A stretch of 64,000 nt of DNA from the NCBI RefSeq assembly GCF_006345805.1, contig NC_042998.1:61132001-61196000 (forward strand). The letters run 5' to 3'. The first letter of the stretch is position 1. Each line of letters begins with the position of its first letter. The position numbers were made by a program, and so were the translations under genes. This DNA is from Octopus sinensis (lineage: Eukaryota). Below, in pieces: positions 12,976-25,691 of this stretch. Under the pieces are notes generated by a model. It ran no database searches, was not told the DNA's origin, and saw only the letters and a program-made list of their open reading frames with translations.

Positions 12976-13169
12976 GTGTGTGTGTGTGTGTGTGTGTAGT
13001 ACGTTCTTATGTATGTTTTTCTTTGAATTTTATTTAACTTCTTAAGAGAGTTCAAGCAGGTCGTGACAAGATCTTTATGGTCGAGAGAGTTCCTAATGTT
13101 TGTAAATATGTAGTTGAGTTGTAAATATGTGTTGGTTGAGCTGATGATGCCCTCACTAAAGTGCGTGCA

Positions 13170-13800
13170 TCTTTTCATCTAAAGAATCTCACTGTTCCAC
13201 CAATAGATTGGATTTGGAGAATCCCTGTCATTTTCTTTTGCTATTTCTTCGAAAAACCTAGTATCTCTAGGTGTTTGTACAAAGCTTAAAGCATCAATGA
13301 TGATAAGTACAGATGAGAATTTATTGTCATGGAACAGGGGCTGTAAATTCCGCATTGATTCACCATAAATGTTCTGTTTTTACTGAACTTTTGATGGTAT
13401 ATTCACATCTGCGGGGCAGCTTATCTCTGCAGCAGTGCATGATTTTTGGTCCCTGTCACACAAAACAATACTGGGTCTATTATATCTGCACCAGTATTCC
13501 TTGTTTTTAAAGGTGTGAATACCTGCTGATTCAGACATGCCTTAATGTATCCGACAGGGCAATCCTTCCTGCAGATAGCATTGTAAATAGTTTTCCAACT
13601 ATATCATACCTCAGGGGCAGGTAGTATCTCGTAAGCATTTTGGGGCAGATGATGATGTGGGTGATGTTTTCCACACTAATATATCATAACTGATATTTCC
13701 TATAACATAAAGATTTGGCGGCATTTTTGTCTCTCTTGTTTATCATGTATTTAGTAGCTATCTCCTATTCCTGGGTAGCAAAGGCTTTATAGGTGGGATG
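13170..13800 (-). mobile_element. R4/Dong-like (RLE-type) LINE 3' fragment
   Basis: Manual minus-strand translation gives ENITHIIICPKM (CCHC region), RPSIVLCD...AEISCPADVN and GILQIQSIGGTVRF. Related to 45266-45530. Confidence 0.65.
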
Positions 13801-13856
13801 TAATGTCTATATCATAGGTCCAGGAGAGTTTACACTTCCTCTCAATACTGTCTGTA

Positions 13857-13981
13857 CGTACATACGTATGTATGTATGTATGTATGTATGTATGTATGTA
13901 TGTATGTATGTATGTATGTATGTATGTATGTATGTATGTATGTATGTATGTATGTATGTATGCATGTATGTATGTATGTAG
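13857..13981. repeat. (TATG)n microsatellite
   Basis: Directly visible. Confidence 0.95.
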
Positions 13982-14346
13982 TGGCAATATGTTCGACCCA
14001 GTTTGATACTTCGAAACTTTGTTTAAACAGACGGGTTTTAAAAAATGTGCAATTATAATAAGAGTATGAAACAATCGTAATGTACAACTCGAAATGTCAA
14101 TAATTTGCTGTCTAAACCCAAATGTACGTAGCCTTGTACATTGTTAACTGTGCAGTATGGAAATGTAAAGGATTTGGGTCATTGTTCAGAGCTCAATCAT
14201 GCGTCTAAAATTTTATAATCGGCTATGTTCATTTAAGCGTGTGAAAAAATGCTAATTTACTGAGCAGATATTTAACTTGGGTTTTGTTGTTGATAGAGGG
14301 TTTAACCTGTTTAACCTCGATCTTCCCAAAAGAAAGATGCATGCGT

Positions 14347-14398
<52 letters not shown>

Positions 14399-15289
14399 GT
14401 GCGCACACGACGGCCTTCCACATTGTTTGCTGTCTGCCAAATTCACTCATAAGCTACTCATGGGGCTACAGTAGAAGACACTCTCCAAAAGTGCCATTCA
14501 GTGAGATATTTGGAAACCAAGCTGCTCAACCATATAGTCATGTCTGTGCCTATTACAACTACAAAGAACCTGTTTGGCTCGCTAAAAGCATTGTTGATTA
14601 TTTATATGTAATTGCTGGGCTTTATTCCAGAATGAATACAAGTTCCTGGAGTCAGCTTTTACCCATTTGTACAGGAGTACAGCTCAAAGATAGGTCATTG
14701 ACAGGTCACTATCAGTAATTTGTATAGTATGCTTTCTTGAATCTCAACAATTAGCTTCTGCTTGGCTGGTTATATTTAATGCTGGTTATATTTAATGGTG
14801 GTTGTTAATGGTTGGTTAGTTGTTAATGCATGGTTAGTTGATTAGTTAGTTGGTTGGTTGTTTGGCTTGTTGGTTGGTTAGTTGGTTGGTTGGTTGGCTG
14901 GCTGGTTCGTTCGTTCGTTCGTTCGTTCGTTAGCTGTTCTTATAGTTCATTCAAGAATGCATGTAGATATGTGTGCCATGTAGATTTCTATAGGAATGCA
15001 GATCAGAGATAGCTTAAATTCAATGTTTAACGTTAAAATGTTGCCTTTTAACATATTTATGTTAAAGTGTTGTCATTAAACATAACTTCAGTTGAGTAAG
15101 AATTTTGTTTTTCGGTGACTGATTTTGTGGATAAATGAGTGTTGAAGATAAATGTGGGTGTTATTTGTGGGTGACAAAGTAGGTTTTGCTGTTAATATAA
15201 GTTTTCCATATTTACTTTTGCAGGAATGCATATTGTCAACTATCCTTTTCATAATTTTTATAAACTAGATTGACATACGAGGCCATTGT

Positions 15290-16050
15290 GGAAGTAATAT
15301 CATAATTGGTGGGTGTAGGATCGGTCGGCTGATATTTTCAGACACGATACTACTTGGTTCTCTAGGAAGCATTGAATGGTCTCTAGTAAGCATTGAATGA
15401 CTTCTCTGCCGAGTGTCGCAAGGCAGGGATAAGAATAAGTGATGCGAAGACTGAGACATTGATCTTCTCAAGAAAGTCTTCGCAGACCGCTCTTTATGTT
15501 AGTGGAACATCACTCGGGCAAGTGGAAAAGTTTAAGTCTCTCGGAGCCGTATTCCCGAGTGATGGGAGGCAGGAGGATGAATTAGATGCTAGAATTGCAG
15601 ATACTGGTGCTATAATGCACCATCTCTGGCGTTCGATCCTCAGAAGAGGAGAGGTTGGCAAAAAAACTAAACTTGCTATCTTCAATTCGGTTTCCGTGCC
15701 TATCCTCACCTATGGTCATCAATGACCGACAGAGCACGATTTCGAACACAAGGGTCCGAAGGATTTCTGGAGGAATGTTACTCAAATGATTGTAAAGCTC
15801 GGAGATTGGAGGGTCTCTCTAGGACGAGATACTACTTCTCTGCTTGAGAAGTGTAACGGACTTATGGTTAGAATGCTGTAGGAAAGAATCGCAAAACAGA
15901 TGCTTCAGATCTAAACAGCCGGTAGAAGATTTAGGGGTAAACGAAGAGCCAGATGATTGGATAATATTCATAGTCAGTTAATCGTGCTTGAGAATGATGT
16001 CTGCTTCTGATAGGACTTTGTGAAGAAGGTACTTGAGAACTCAACCCCCA
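15290..16050 (+). mobile_element. RTE-clade LINE fragment (RT C-terminal part), degenerate
   Basis: ORF 15393-15725: ISDAKTETLIFSR...VEKFKSLG...DELDARI...KTKLAIFNSVSVPILTYG. Confidence 0.85.
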
Positions 16051-16110
16051 CAAAACTCCCCGTGAGTGGCGAAAATGGATGGATGGACGGATATATATAT
16101 ATATATATAA

Positions 16111-16152
<42 letters not shown>

Positions 16153-16302
16153 TATATATATATAAATATAATTAATGGTATGTAAAAGATACTCCCATGC
16201 TAGATATAGCAGCTAAACTTGACTCTAAAACCACTTATTACCTATGAGGTTTTTATTCCCATATTAGCCACCTGATATGATCGGTATCTTAAATAACGAT
16301 CT

Positions 16303-16349
<47 letters not shown>

Positions 16350-16574
16350 ACATATATAGTCACAGATGAGATCCAGAGATTCTTGTTATAGAAGACATTT
16401 AGTAGCGCTCAAACGATTCGAACTTAGACTCCGATGTCTTTACGAGGGAGCGATTCCGCGGGGTAAAGAGTGGCTACAAGTGTCATCAAGTTGAGCAGAT
16501 GCTCAATGGAGGCAATTATGCGGAAAAACAAATTAAAAGTAACAGCTTTGGTTTGACATACAAAATATATTCAT

Positions 16575-17320
16575 GTGGCTGTGTGGTAAGAAGCTTGCTT
16601 CCCATCCATATAGTTCCGGGTTCAGTCCCAGTGCGTAGCACCTAGGGCAAGTGTCTTCTACTAGGGGCCGACCAAAGCCTTGTGAGTGGATTTAGTAGAC
16701 GGAAACTGAAATAAGCCCGTCGTATATGTGTGTGTGTGTATAAGCGCAATGGCCCAGTGGTTAGGTCGGCGGACTCGCGATCGTAGGATCGCGGTTTCGA
16801 TTCCCAGACTGGGCGTTGTGAGTGTTTATTGAGCGAAAACACCTAAAGCTCTACGAGACACCGGCAAGGGGTGGTAACGAACCCTGCTGTACTCTTTCAC
16901 CACAACTTTCTCTCACTCTTTCTTCATGTTTCTGTTGTTCCTGTAATTCAAATGCTCAGCTTTGTCACACCCTGTGTCACGATGAATCTCCCCAAGAACT
17001 ACGTTAAGTGTACACGTATCTGTGGAGTACTCAGCCACTTGCACGTTAATTTCACGAGCAGGTTGTTCCATTGATCGGATCAACTGGAGCCCTCGTTGTC
17101 GTAACTGACGGGGTGCCACGATATATATACTTATGTATGTGTGTCTGTGTTTATCCCCACTACCGTCGCTTGACAACCGATGTTGGTGTGTTTATGTCCC
17201 CGTAACTCAATGGTTCGGCAAAAGAGACCGATAGAATAAGTAGTAGGCTTACTAAGAAAAGTCGACTAAAACCCTTTAAGGTGGTGCTCCAGCATGGCCA
17301 CAGTCAAATGACTGAAGCCT
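16575..17320 (+). mobile_element. SINE family A interrupted by a nested SINE family B (16741-17119)
   Basis: Family A head ends at about 16735 in its internal microsatellite, family B follows, and the family A tail resumes at about 17140. Confidence 0.8.
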
Positions 17321-17904
17321 CTGTGTGTGCGCGTGTGTGTGTGCGTGTGTGTGTGCGCGTGTGTGTGGGTGCGTGTGTGTGTACTTACATGAATACTTAC
17401 ATATAAACATACATACATACTTGTATATACGTGAAGGCTCATGGCTCAGACGTCAGAGCGTCGGGCTTACAGTCATGAGGTAGCGAGTTCGATTCCCGGA
17501 CCGGGTTGTGTTGTGTTTTTGAGCAAGACACTTTATTTCACGTTGCTATAGAAATGAGTTGCAACGTCACTGATGTCAGGCTGCATCGGCCTTTGCTTTC
17601 CCCTGGACAATGTCGATGGCGTGGAGACGGGAGGCTGGTACGCATGAGTGACTGCTAGTCTTCCAGAAACAACCTTGCCCAGACTTGTTCCTCAGGGGAT
17701 AACTTTTTAGGTGAAGCTCTTCATGATCGAAGGGTTTTTTTTACCCTTTATTTACTTGTATATATGTTATTGCAGGAAAACAATGCTCAATCCTAAACAA
17801 TAGCGCACCCGTACGCGTATGTGTGAATGAACTCGGTTAATGTCTCAGTATTATCATAATCATGGTTACTGGTAAGTATTGGAAGCTTTAGTTTTATTTC
17901 AATA

Positions 17905-18901
17905 GACTGTATGATGTATGTGTACGAACAACCATGCTACACGGCAGTGAAACATGGGCTGTGACTGCTGAGGACATGCATAAGCTCGCAAGGAATGAAG
18001 CCAGCATGATCCGATGGATGTGTAATGTCAGTGTGCATACTCGACAGAGTGTAAGTACCTTGAGAGAAAAGTTGGACCTAAGAAGCATCAGATGTAGTGT
18101 GCAAGAGAGACGACTGCGCTGGTATGGTCATGTGGCGAAAATGGATGAGGATAGCTGTGTGAAAAAGTGCTACACTGTAGCGGTTGAGGGAACCTGTGGA
18201 AGAGGTAGACCCAGGAAGACCTGGGATGAGGTGGTGAAGCACGACCTTCAGACATTAGGCCTTACCAAGGAAATGACTAGCAACCGAGACTTTTGGAAAT
18301 ATGCTGTGCTCGAGAAGACTCGGCAAGCCAAATGAGACCATATCTTGTGGCCTAAGCCAGGAGCGTAACCAGCCCACTTACGCGTACCTTTTCCTTCTTT
18401 GGTCACTAAACTCTGCTTGCGAAGACCTGTTGAGGCAAGTGAAATCAAAATCAATTCGATGACTGGAATCCGTGCTAGCGGGGTGCAAAGAGCACCATAC
18501 GAGTGTGATCGTTGACAGAGCGGCTATTCGAGTATGATCGTTACCAGTGTCGCCTTGCTGGCACTTATGCCTGTGCTAGTAGGGTGCCAAGAGCACCATC
18601 CGAGCGTGGTCGTTGCCAGAGCTTCCGTACCTGTGGCACGTAAAAGGGCATCATTCGAGCGTGATCGTTACCAACGTCGCTTCACTGGCATATAAAAAGA
18701 TTCGAGCGAGGTCATTGCCAGTACCGCCTGACTGGCACGTAAAAAGCACCCACCACACACTCTCGAAGTGTTTGGCGTTAGGACGGGCATCCAGCCGTAG
18801 AAACTCTGCCAGATCAAGATTGGAGCCTGGTGCAGCCATCTGGTTCGCCAGCCCTCAGTCAAAATCGTCCAACCCATGCTAACATGGAAAGAACGTTAAA
18901 C

Positions 18902-18943
<42 letters not shown>
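17905..18943 (+). mobile_element. 5'-truncated RTE LINE with 3' UTR and (GAT)n tail
   Basis: ORF 17934-18335: MLHGSETW...RRLRWYGHV...GRGRPRKTW. The tail reads aacccatgctaacatgg...(gat)n. Confidence 0.9.
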
Positions 18944-18944
<1 letters not shown>

Positions 18945-19167
18945 AACCTATCCAATATCATTATCTACAAAAGAATTTGTGCAGCCAAGCATAGCGAGCG
19001 ACGTACAGGTCACACCCAAGTTATATTCGTAGTTAATGGAGCGGAAAAGACATTCCATGTTATTTATTATTCAGTCCATTAAAAGCCAACTTTGCAGCCT
19101 TTATTAAATTGAAATTTAATAGATAGACAGATAGATGGATAGACAGACTGACCGGCAGACAGACAGG

Positions 19168-19267
<100 letters not shown>

Positions 19268-19301
19268 AGATTCACACACACCACACACACACACACACAC
19301 A

Positions 19302-19350
<49 letters not shown>

Positions 19351-19395
19351 GTAAATTATTAATAATGCTTGTATATATAAACGTATGGTTTATAG

Positions 19396-19495
19396 NNNNN
19401 NNNNNNNNNNNNNNNNNNNNNNNNNNNNNNNNNNNNNNNNNNNNNNNNNNNNNNNNNNNNNNNNNNNNNNNNNNNNNNNNNNNNNNNNNNNNNNN
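19396..19495. other. Assembly gap (100 N)
   Basis: Run of n characters. Confidence 0.99.
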
Positions 19496-20963
19496 TTCAG
19501 CAGGTAAAAGCCCATGAGAAAATAGTATAATACTAAGTAATAAGGTTTAGCAACGATTGCCTCACCCAACACACCGAATTTAGAAATGCAGTCAAAGAGA
19601 TATAGCTATTCCTTCTACTAAAGGGGGGATCTCAGTAAAAACACAGCACTTGAAAGGCAAACACAGACAGGTAAGAAAGAAAGAATGAAATGACGGCAAT
19701 CCATCATGCAATTATAAGTACCTACGGACGTACGTTTTCTACTTTACCCATACTTCTTCTCTCATCGGCGCAGGATACTAAATTATGAATAATTGTATAT
19801 TAAATTGTTGAGATACTAGAATGCATCATCTCAACTCAGAGCGAGCTAAAGCATGACCATTACCACGAAATTCAAAGTTTGAATGAAAGTTTGTGTCACC
19901 ATTACCGATAACCATATTTTATCCCAGTAAATGACCACAGCATTTTGTCTTGGCTACACGCGGGTGGAAGGGGGCTGGTGACACAAACTTTCATTCAAAC
20001 TTTGAATTTCGGTGGTACTGGTCATGCTTTAGCTCGCTCTGATTGAGATGATGCATTCTAGTATCTCAAAATTTAATATACAATTATTCATAATTGTAGT
20101 ATCCTGCGCCGATGAGAGAAGAAGTATGGGTAAAGTAGAATTTTCTAATTCTTATGCTATCCTAAAACTTGATCTCGAAACGTACGTCCGTAGGTAACTT
20201 ATAATTGCATGATGGATTGCCGTCATTTCATTCTTTCTTTCTTACCTGTCTGTGTTTGCCTTTCAAGTGCTGTGTTTTTACTGAGATCCCCCTTTAGTAG
20301 AAGGAATAGCTATATCTCTTTGACTGCTATTTCTAATTCGGTGTGTTGGTGAGGCAATTCGTTGCTAAACCCTTAATTACTTAGTATTACTTAAATTTTC
20401 CTCGAATGGGGCTTTTACATGCTGAAATCTACTTGGTGTAATTGATAATTATCCCTAATTAATTAATTTCACCTTTTATTATTACTGATAACCATATTTT
20501 ATCCCAGTAAATGACCACAGCATTTTGTCTTGGCTACACGCGGGTGGAAGGGGGCTGGTGACACAAACTTTCATTCAAACTTTGAATTTCGTGGTACTGG
20601 TCATGCTTTAGCTCGCTCTGAGTTGAGATGATGCATTCTAGTATCTCAAATTTAATATACAATTATTCATAATTGTAGTATCCTGCGCCGATGAGAGAAG
20701 AAGTATGGGTAAAGTAGAATTTTCTAATTCTTATGCTATCCTAAAACTTGATCTCGAAACGTACGTCCGTAGGTAACTTATAATTGCATGATGGATTGCC
20801 GTCATTTCATTCTTTCTTTCTTACCTGTCTGTGTTTGCCTTTCAAGTGCTGTGTTTTTACTGAGATCCCCCTTTTAGTAGAAGGAATAGCTATATCTCTT
20901 TGACTGCTATTTCTAAATTCGGTGTGTTGGTGAGGCAATTCGTTGCTAAACCCTTAATTACTT
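19496..20963. repeat. Triplicated ~400-480 bp segment: inverted copy 19496-19900, direct copies 19901-20383 and 20481-20963
   Basis: agtttgtgtcacc (19888-19900) is the reverse complement of ggtgacacaaact (19977-19989). The direct copies are offset by 580 bp and differ mostly by single-base indels. Confidence 0.9.
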
Positions 20964-20964
20964 A

Positions 20965-21004
<40 letters not shown>

Positions 21005-21007
<3 letters not shown>

Positions 21008-21355
21008 TCATCATCATCATCATCATTTAACATCCGCTTTCCATGCTAGCATGGGTTGGACGGTTCAACTGGGGTCTGGGGAGCCCGAAAGCTGCACCAG
21101 TCCAGTCAGATCTGGCAGTGTTTCTACAGCTGGATGCCCTTCCTAACGCCAACCACTCCGAGAGTGTAGTGGGTGATTTATGTGCCACCGACACAGGTGC
21201 CAGACGAGGCTGGCAAACGGCCACGCTCGGATGGTGTTTTTTATGTGCCACCGACACAGGTGCCAGACGAGGCTGGCAGACGGCCACGCTCGGATGGTGT
21301 TTTTTATGTGCCACCGACACAGGTGCCAGACGAGGCTGCAGACGGCCACGCTCGG

Positions 21356-21357
<2 letters not shown>
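21005..21357 (-). mobile_element. RTE 3' UTR/tail with three 63-bp tandem units (21178-21357)
   Basis: (cat)n tail plus ttccatgctagcatgggttggacgg, as in the 17905 family. Unit tgtgccaccgacacaggtgccagacgaggc occurs three times. Confidence 0.8.
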
Positions 21358-21389
<32 letters not shown>

Positions 21390-21803
21390 TTTTGTGTCTA
21401 TGTTTTTGTCCCCCCACCATTGCTTGACAACCAATGTTGGTGTGTTTACGTCCCTGTAACTTAGCAGTTCAGCAAAAAGAGACCAAAGAATAAGTGCTAG
21501 GCTTAGAAACAATAAGTCCTGGGGTTGATTTGTTAGACTAAAGGCAGTGATTCAGCATGGCCACAGTCAAATGACTGAAACAAATAAAAGAATGCATACA
21601 TGCACACACACACATACACACACATCCATCTATAAACATAGAGGAAAATGTATTTTTTATCAGGAGTCATTTACTTAACTGGTTTCAAAATGTCATGACT
21701 TTCAAGCGAAGTATGAGACAGAAGGATCTGGAGTTTAACTGGGGTTCAAAAATCTGTTTCTTTTCCTAGAGAGATTTGAGCTCAAAGAATAATGATAATA
21801 ATA

Positions 21804-22678
21804 ATCCTTTCTACTATAGACATAAAGCTTGAAATTTTGGGGAAGGGAACTAGTTAATGACATCAACCCCCAGTTCTTGACTGGTACTTGATTTATTGAT
21901 CACAAAAGAATGAAAGAAAAAGTTATCCTCAGTGGAATTTGAACTTAGAATGGAAAGACAGTTAAAGTGCCACTAAATAGTTATGCCCAGTGTGATAATG
22001 ATTTTGCTAGCTCGTTGCCGTTAACTCTTTCATTACCAACCCATCTGAATGAACCCATTGATATTTAAATGTGAATTTCAGCACAAAGGATGAAGACATT
22101 TGATTTTACTTTGTAAATAGTTGAGTTACAATATCTGACATTGTTTGATATCTGAGCTGTGCGAATTTTGGGAGATTTTTTTTTCCCACATTTTTTCTTC
22201 AGTGATTTTTTTTCAACTTTTAAAATGGATTACGGATTCTGAATTTGAAGGCTTTTCAACAGAAGATATGGAGAAGTCAAGCAAATGTAGGCTTGTAAGC
22301 AGCAATCACTACGGAAACAAATCATTTCACAGAAAGTAAACAAACCAAGATAAAAAAAGCTAGCTTGTGATTAGAGTCACTTAGAGACAAAAGTTATGCA
22401 ATAGAATTGATTGAAAACTTTTCTTCAATTCATCATCATCATCATCGTTTAACATCTGCTTTCCATGTTGGCATGAGTTGGATTGTTTGACTGAGGGTTG
22501 ATCTGGCAATGTTTCTACAGCTGGATGCCCTTCCTAATGCCAACCACTCTGATAAATTACAGTTGTTTAATGAAACCAGTCTAAATTTGTGATGATTTTA
22601 GAATTTAATTGAAACTCATAAGGGATGTGTTCTACTTAGGAATAATGTAATGAAAGGGTTAATAATAACAACAACAAC

Positions 22679-22711
<33 letters not shown>

Positions 22712-22930
22712 TCCTTTCTACTATAGGCACAAGACCTGAAATTTTGTGATAGGGGACTTGTCGATTACATCGACTTTAGTGTTCAACTGGTACTTATTTT
22801 AATGACCCCTAAAGAAGGAAAGGCAAAGTTGACTTTGGCAGAATTTGAACTCAGAACAGGATGAAATACCACCAGGCATTTTGCTCAGTATGTTAACAAT
22901 TCTGCCAGGTCGCAACCTTTAATAATGATG

Positions 22931-22963
<33 letters not shown>

Positions 22964-23165
22964 GTTTCAAATTTTGTCACAAGGGCAGCAGTTTTATAGG
23001 CAGGGATGAGTTGATTGCATTAAACTCAGTGGTCAACTGGTACTTATTTTCTCGATCCCAAAAGGATAAAGGCAAAGTTGACCTTGGCGGAATTTAAAAT
23101 CAGAACTTAAAGACAAGCAAAATGTCACCAGGCATTTTGCTCAGTGTGCTAATGATCTTGCCAAT
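21804..23165 (-). mobile_element. Three copies of SINE family C (about 21804-22003, 22710-22920, 22962-23165)
   Basis: Shared aatcctttctactatag...ctggtacttattt...gaaaggcaaagttgac...gaatttgaactcagaac. A further copy lies at 56933-57146. Confidence 0.75.
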
Positions 23166-23177
23166 AATAATAATAAA

Positions 23178-23725
23178 TGCCTTTATGTAGTACCTGGCAG
23201 TGGCTTTCATGGCTTCTGATCCTAATGATTGGAAGTGTTATCATGTACATTGTTTTGTCTTGGTATAAAAGATGGGCTACAGCAAATATTCTGTTCATTA
23301 CCACAGATTTACTTGTCAATTGTTTGACCATAACCAGTTGAGCATCTCCCTTAGTGGCTGATGATATGTGCATCTCTGATCATGAGTAGTAGTGGGGGAA
23401 CATCATAGCCATGTGTTGAGAGGTATTCTTTGGAGTTTAAATAATTTACCTCTGAAAACATGGTGTTTTGTTCATCATCCTTAAACAACCTTTATTCAGG
23501 GACCTTTTGAGTGGGATGAGCTACTCAACCTGATGAAAATTCTAACTGGGCCCCACCTGCAGGGCCATGCTCCATTTATCTTGGTATCAGATCTCTATGT
23601 CGCACACATGGTTGTGATGCTTGTGCCTGGTGTACCCTTATCAGATGAGTTGTCATGATGGGTATTCTGGGCTTCGTATATTTTACCCCGGTGTCACTTT
23701 GATGGCATGCATTTCTCTCTCACTC

Positions 23726-23761
<36 letters not shown>

Positions 23762-23770
23762 TAATAATGA
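23178..23770 (+). mobile_element. Unclassified ~600-bp retroposon-like repeat D with (AAT)n tail
   Basis: Closely similar second copy at 33630-34300. Confidence 0.75.
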
Positions 23771-23821
23771 TAATAATAATAAATGTCTAAAAATATAATA
23801 ATTTCTTTCCATTTCTTGTAG

Positions 23822-23964
23822 ATTGTTGATCTTGGATACATAACAGAATTCTCTAAAGAAGCACTAAAGTCATCCAAAATGATTTAGAGAAAGCTTGAAT
23901 CTTCTCAATAAATATGATGGAATTTTGCCCCCTAATCCAGCTTCACCCCTTCAGTCACCCCAAG
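23822..23964 (+). CDS. NUB1: NUB1 penultimate coding exon (third UBA domain and Pro-rich linker), with two apparent 1-bp deletions
   Basis: Acceptor tttcttgtag and donor caag|gtaatt. Adding two bases in short homopolymers gives IVDLGYITEFSKEALKVIQNDLEKALNLLNKYDGILPPNPASPLQSPQ, which aligns by memory with human NUB1 LVYMGF..AEAALRVFRGNVQLAAQTLAHNGGSLPP. The phase-1 end fits the next exon. Confidence 0.7.
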
Positions 23965-24662
23965 GTAATTGTTTGATATTTCCACCCAACTCCCAACGCT
24001 AGTTGTCAAACCACCCCAAGGTAGCATGAGTTGCTTGACCTGCCAACAGTAGTAGTCAAATCTTCCTTAAATCATTGTCTACCATCTAAAAATAAAAAAA
24101 AAAAACACAAAGGAATATATTAGATAATGTAGTCCTTGATATGTGGAGGGACATGGCCTAGTGGTTAGAGCAGCGGGTTCATGGTTGAGGGTTCACGGGT
24201 TCGAATCTCAGACAAGGTGATATGTGGGTTTATGAGTGAAACACCTAAGCTCCACGTGGCTTTAGCAGAAGGTAACGGCGAGCTTCTGCCTACTCTTTCA
24301 CCACAACTTTCTCTCACTCTTTCCTCCAGCATCTAGCAGCTCACCTGCAATAGACCATCCAGGTGGAGAACCTAGACGCCAATGAAAGTGGGGAAATTGG
24401 CCCTTATGAGCCTGGCATAGCTTGAGAAGGAATATACAACAATCCTTGATGCAATATGTCAAAAATAGATGGAGTGGCCATAACTGGAATACCTTTGATC
24501 AAAGTTAACTTTGGACTATACATACAAAATAGCTGGTTATTATGTTTTGTTTTTTTCCCCACCTGACCCAGCTTTTTCTTAATCACTCCATCACCAGGTA
24601 TCCTGTGGTTATCTAATGAATGCCGTCTGCTCAAAATGCCTTGTTTTTTTTTCATATCCATC

Positions 24663-24735
24663 TTCTGATGTGGGTAATGGTTGGGATTATTGGTTTTCAC
24701 CTGGTTGGCCTGGGTTTGATTCCTGGCGTCAGAAA
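24663..24735 (+). pseudogene. tRNA-Glu(TTC) pseudogene
   Basis: 73 nt. Acceptor stem ttctgat/gtcagaa, anticodon loop tt-ttc-ac (24696-24698), decayed T arm gggtttgattcctgg. The anticodon and T stems are disrupted by transitions. Confidence 0.6.
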
Positions 24736-24957
24736 GTTAATTGAGTTTTATGGGTGTTGGTGTGGTTGAGTGATTAAGAAGTTGGTTCCCCAAGTATATG
24801 GTTTCTGCTTCAACCCCACTGTGTAGCACCTTGCACAAGTGTCTTCTGCTATAACCCTAGGCCAACCCATGCCTTGTAACTGAATCTGGCATGGAAGCGT
24901 ATCATATATATATGTGCATGTGTGGAAGCATATCAAATATATGTGTATGCGTGTCCA

Positions 24958-25330
24958 ATAGTGTAGCTAGAGTGTGTGCCACCTGGGGCAGCTCTTCTAT
25001 TTGCTACTCCCGGACCCCACAAGAAACACATATTACCTACAGCAAACCCAAAAGTGGTGCTCCTTTAAAAGTGCCACTCGGGGTAGGCTGTCCCCACCCC
25101 TCTCCCGATCGCTACGCTAATGTGTGTGTCTTTGTGTTTGTCCTCACTGCTGCTTGACAAGTGTTGGTTTACAGGCACAGTCCCAGGAATTTTTCAAAAG
25201 GAGGGCATAAGGTCAGAAAGGAATACAATTTCAGGAGAAAAGGGCGTAATATTATTTAGAAGGGTGCACTTCTTTTCTTGAGAGGGGCACGTGTCCCTAA
25301 GGCCCCTCCCCCCTTTGGGTCCGTCCCAGT
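24958..25330. mobile_element. Two small MITE-like insertions (Harbinger-type GC-rich ends) nested in a SINE A copy within the last NUB1 intron
   Basis: Ends resemble agtggcgtagctag.../...gctacgc and caggggcggatccagg.../...ggtccgtccc, but are degenerate. Confidence 0.35.
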
Positions 25331-25539
25331 TTTATTTACATCCCCTTAACTTAATGGTTCACCAAAAGTGACTGATAGAATATGTATCAGATTAAAAAGA
25401 AAATATGTCCTGCGGTTAAATTATTTGATTAAATCTTTCTAGGTAGTGCTCTAGCATGGCTGCAATCCAATGACTGAAGCAAGTAAAAGATAAAATGATA
25501 ACTGGCATTTTACATTTATAATCCTTTCTATTTTGACAG

Positions 25540-25691
25540 AAAATACTCAAGAACAAGACATGAAGGAGAAGGAGGTATTGGATAATTTCAGGAAAATTCT
25601 ACCCAGGGATTCCGAAGATTACCTTGATTTCTTACTTATAGAAGAATCACAGATCCTTTCAGACTATCTGAGTTTACTGGAACACGTCTAG
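25540..25691 (+). CDS. NUB1: NUB1 terminal coding exon
   Basis: Acceptor ctattttgacag. Open frame (E)NTQEQDMKEKEVLDNFRKILPRDSEDYLDFLLIEESQILSDYLSLLEHV* matches, by memory, the NUB1 C-terminal motif [36 protein letters not shown]. Confidence 0.82.

Noticed and set aside
21178-21357. 63-bp tandem units resembling a CRISPR-like array
   Set aside because: There are no unique spacers. The units are part of an RTE 3' UTR in a eukaryotic genome.
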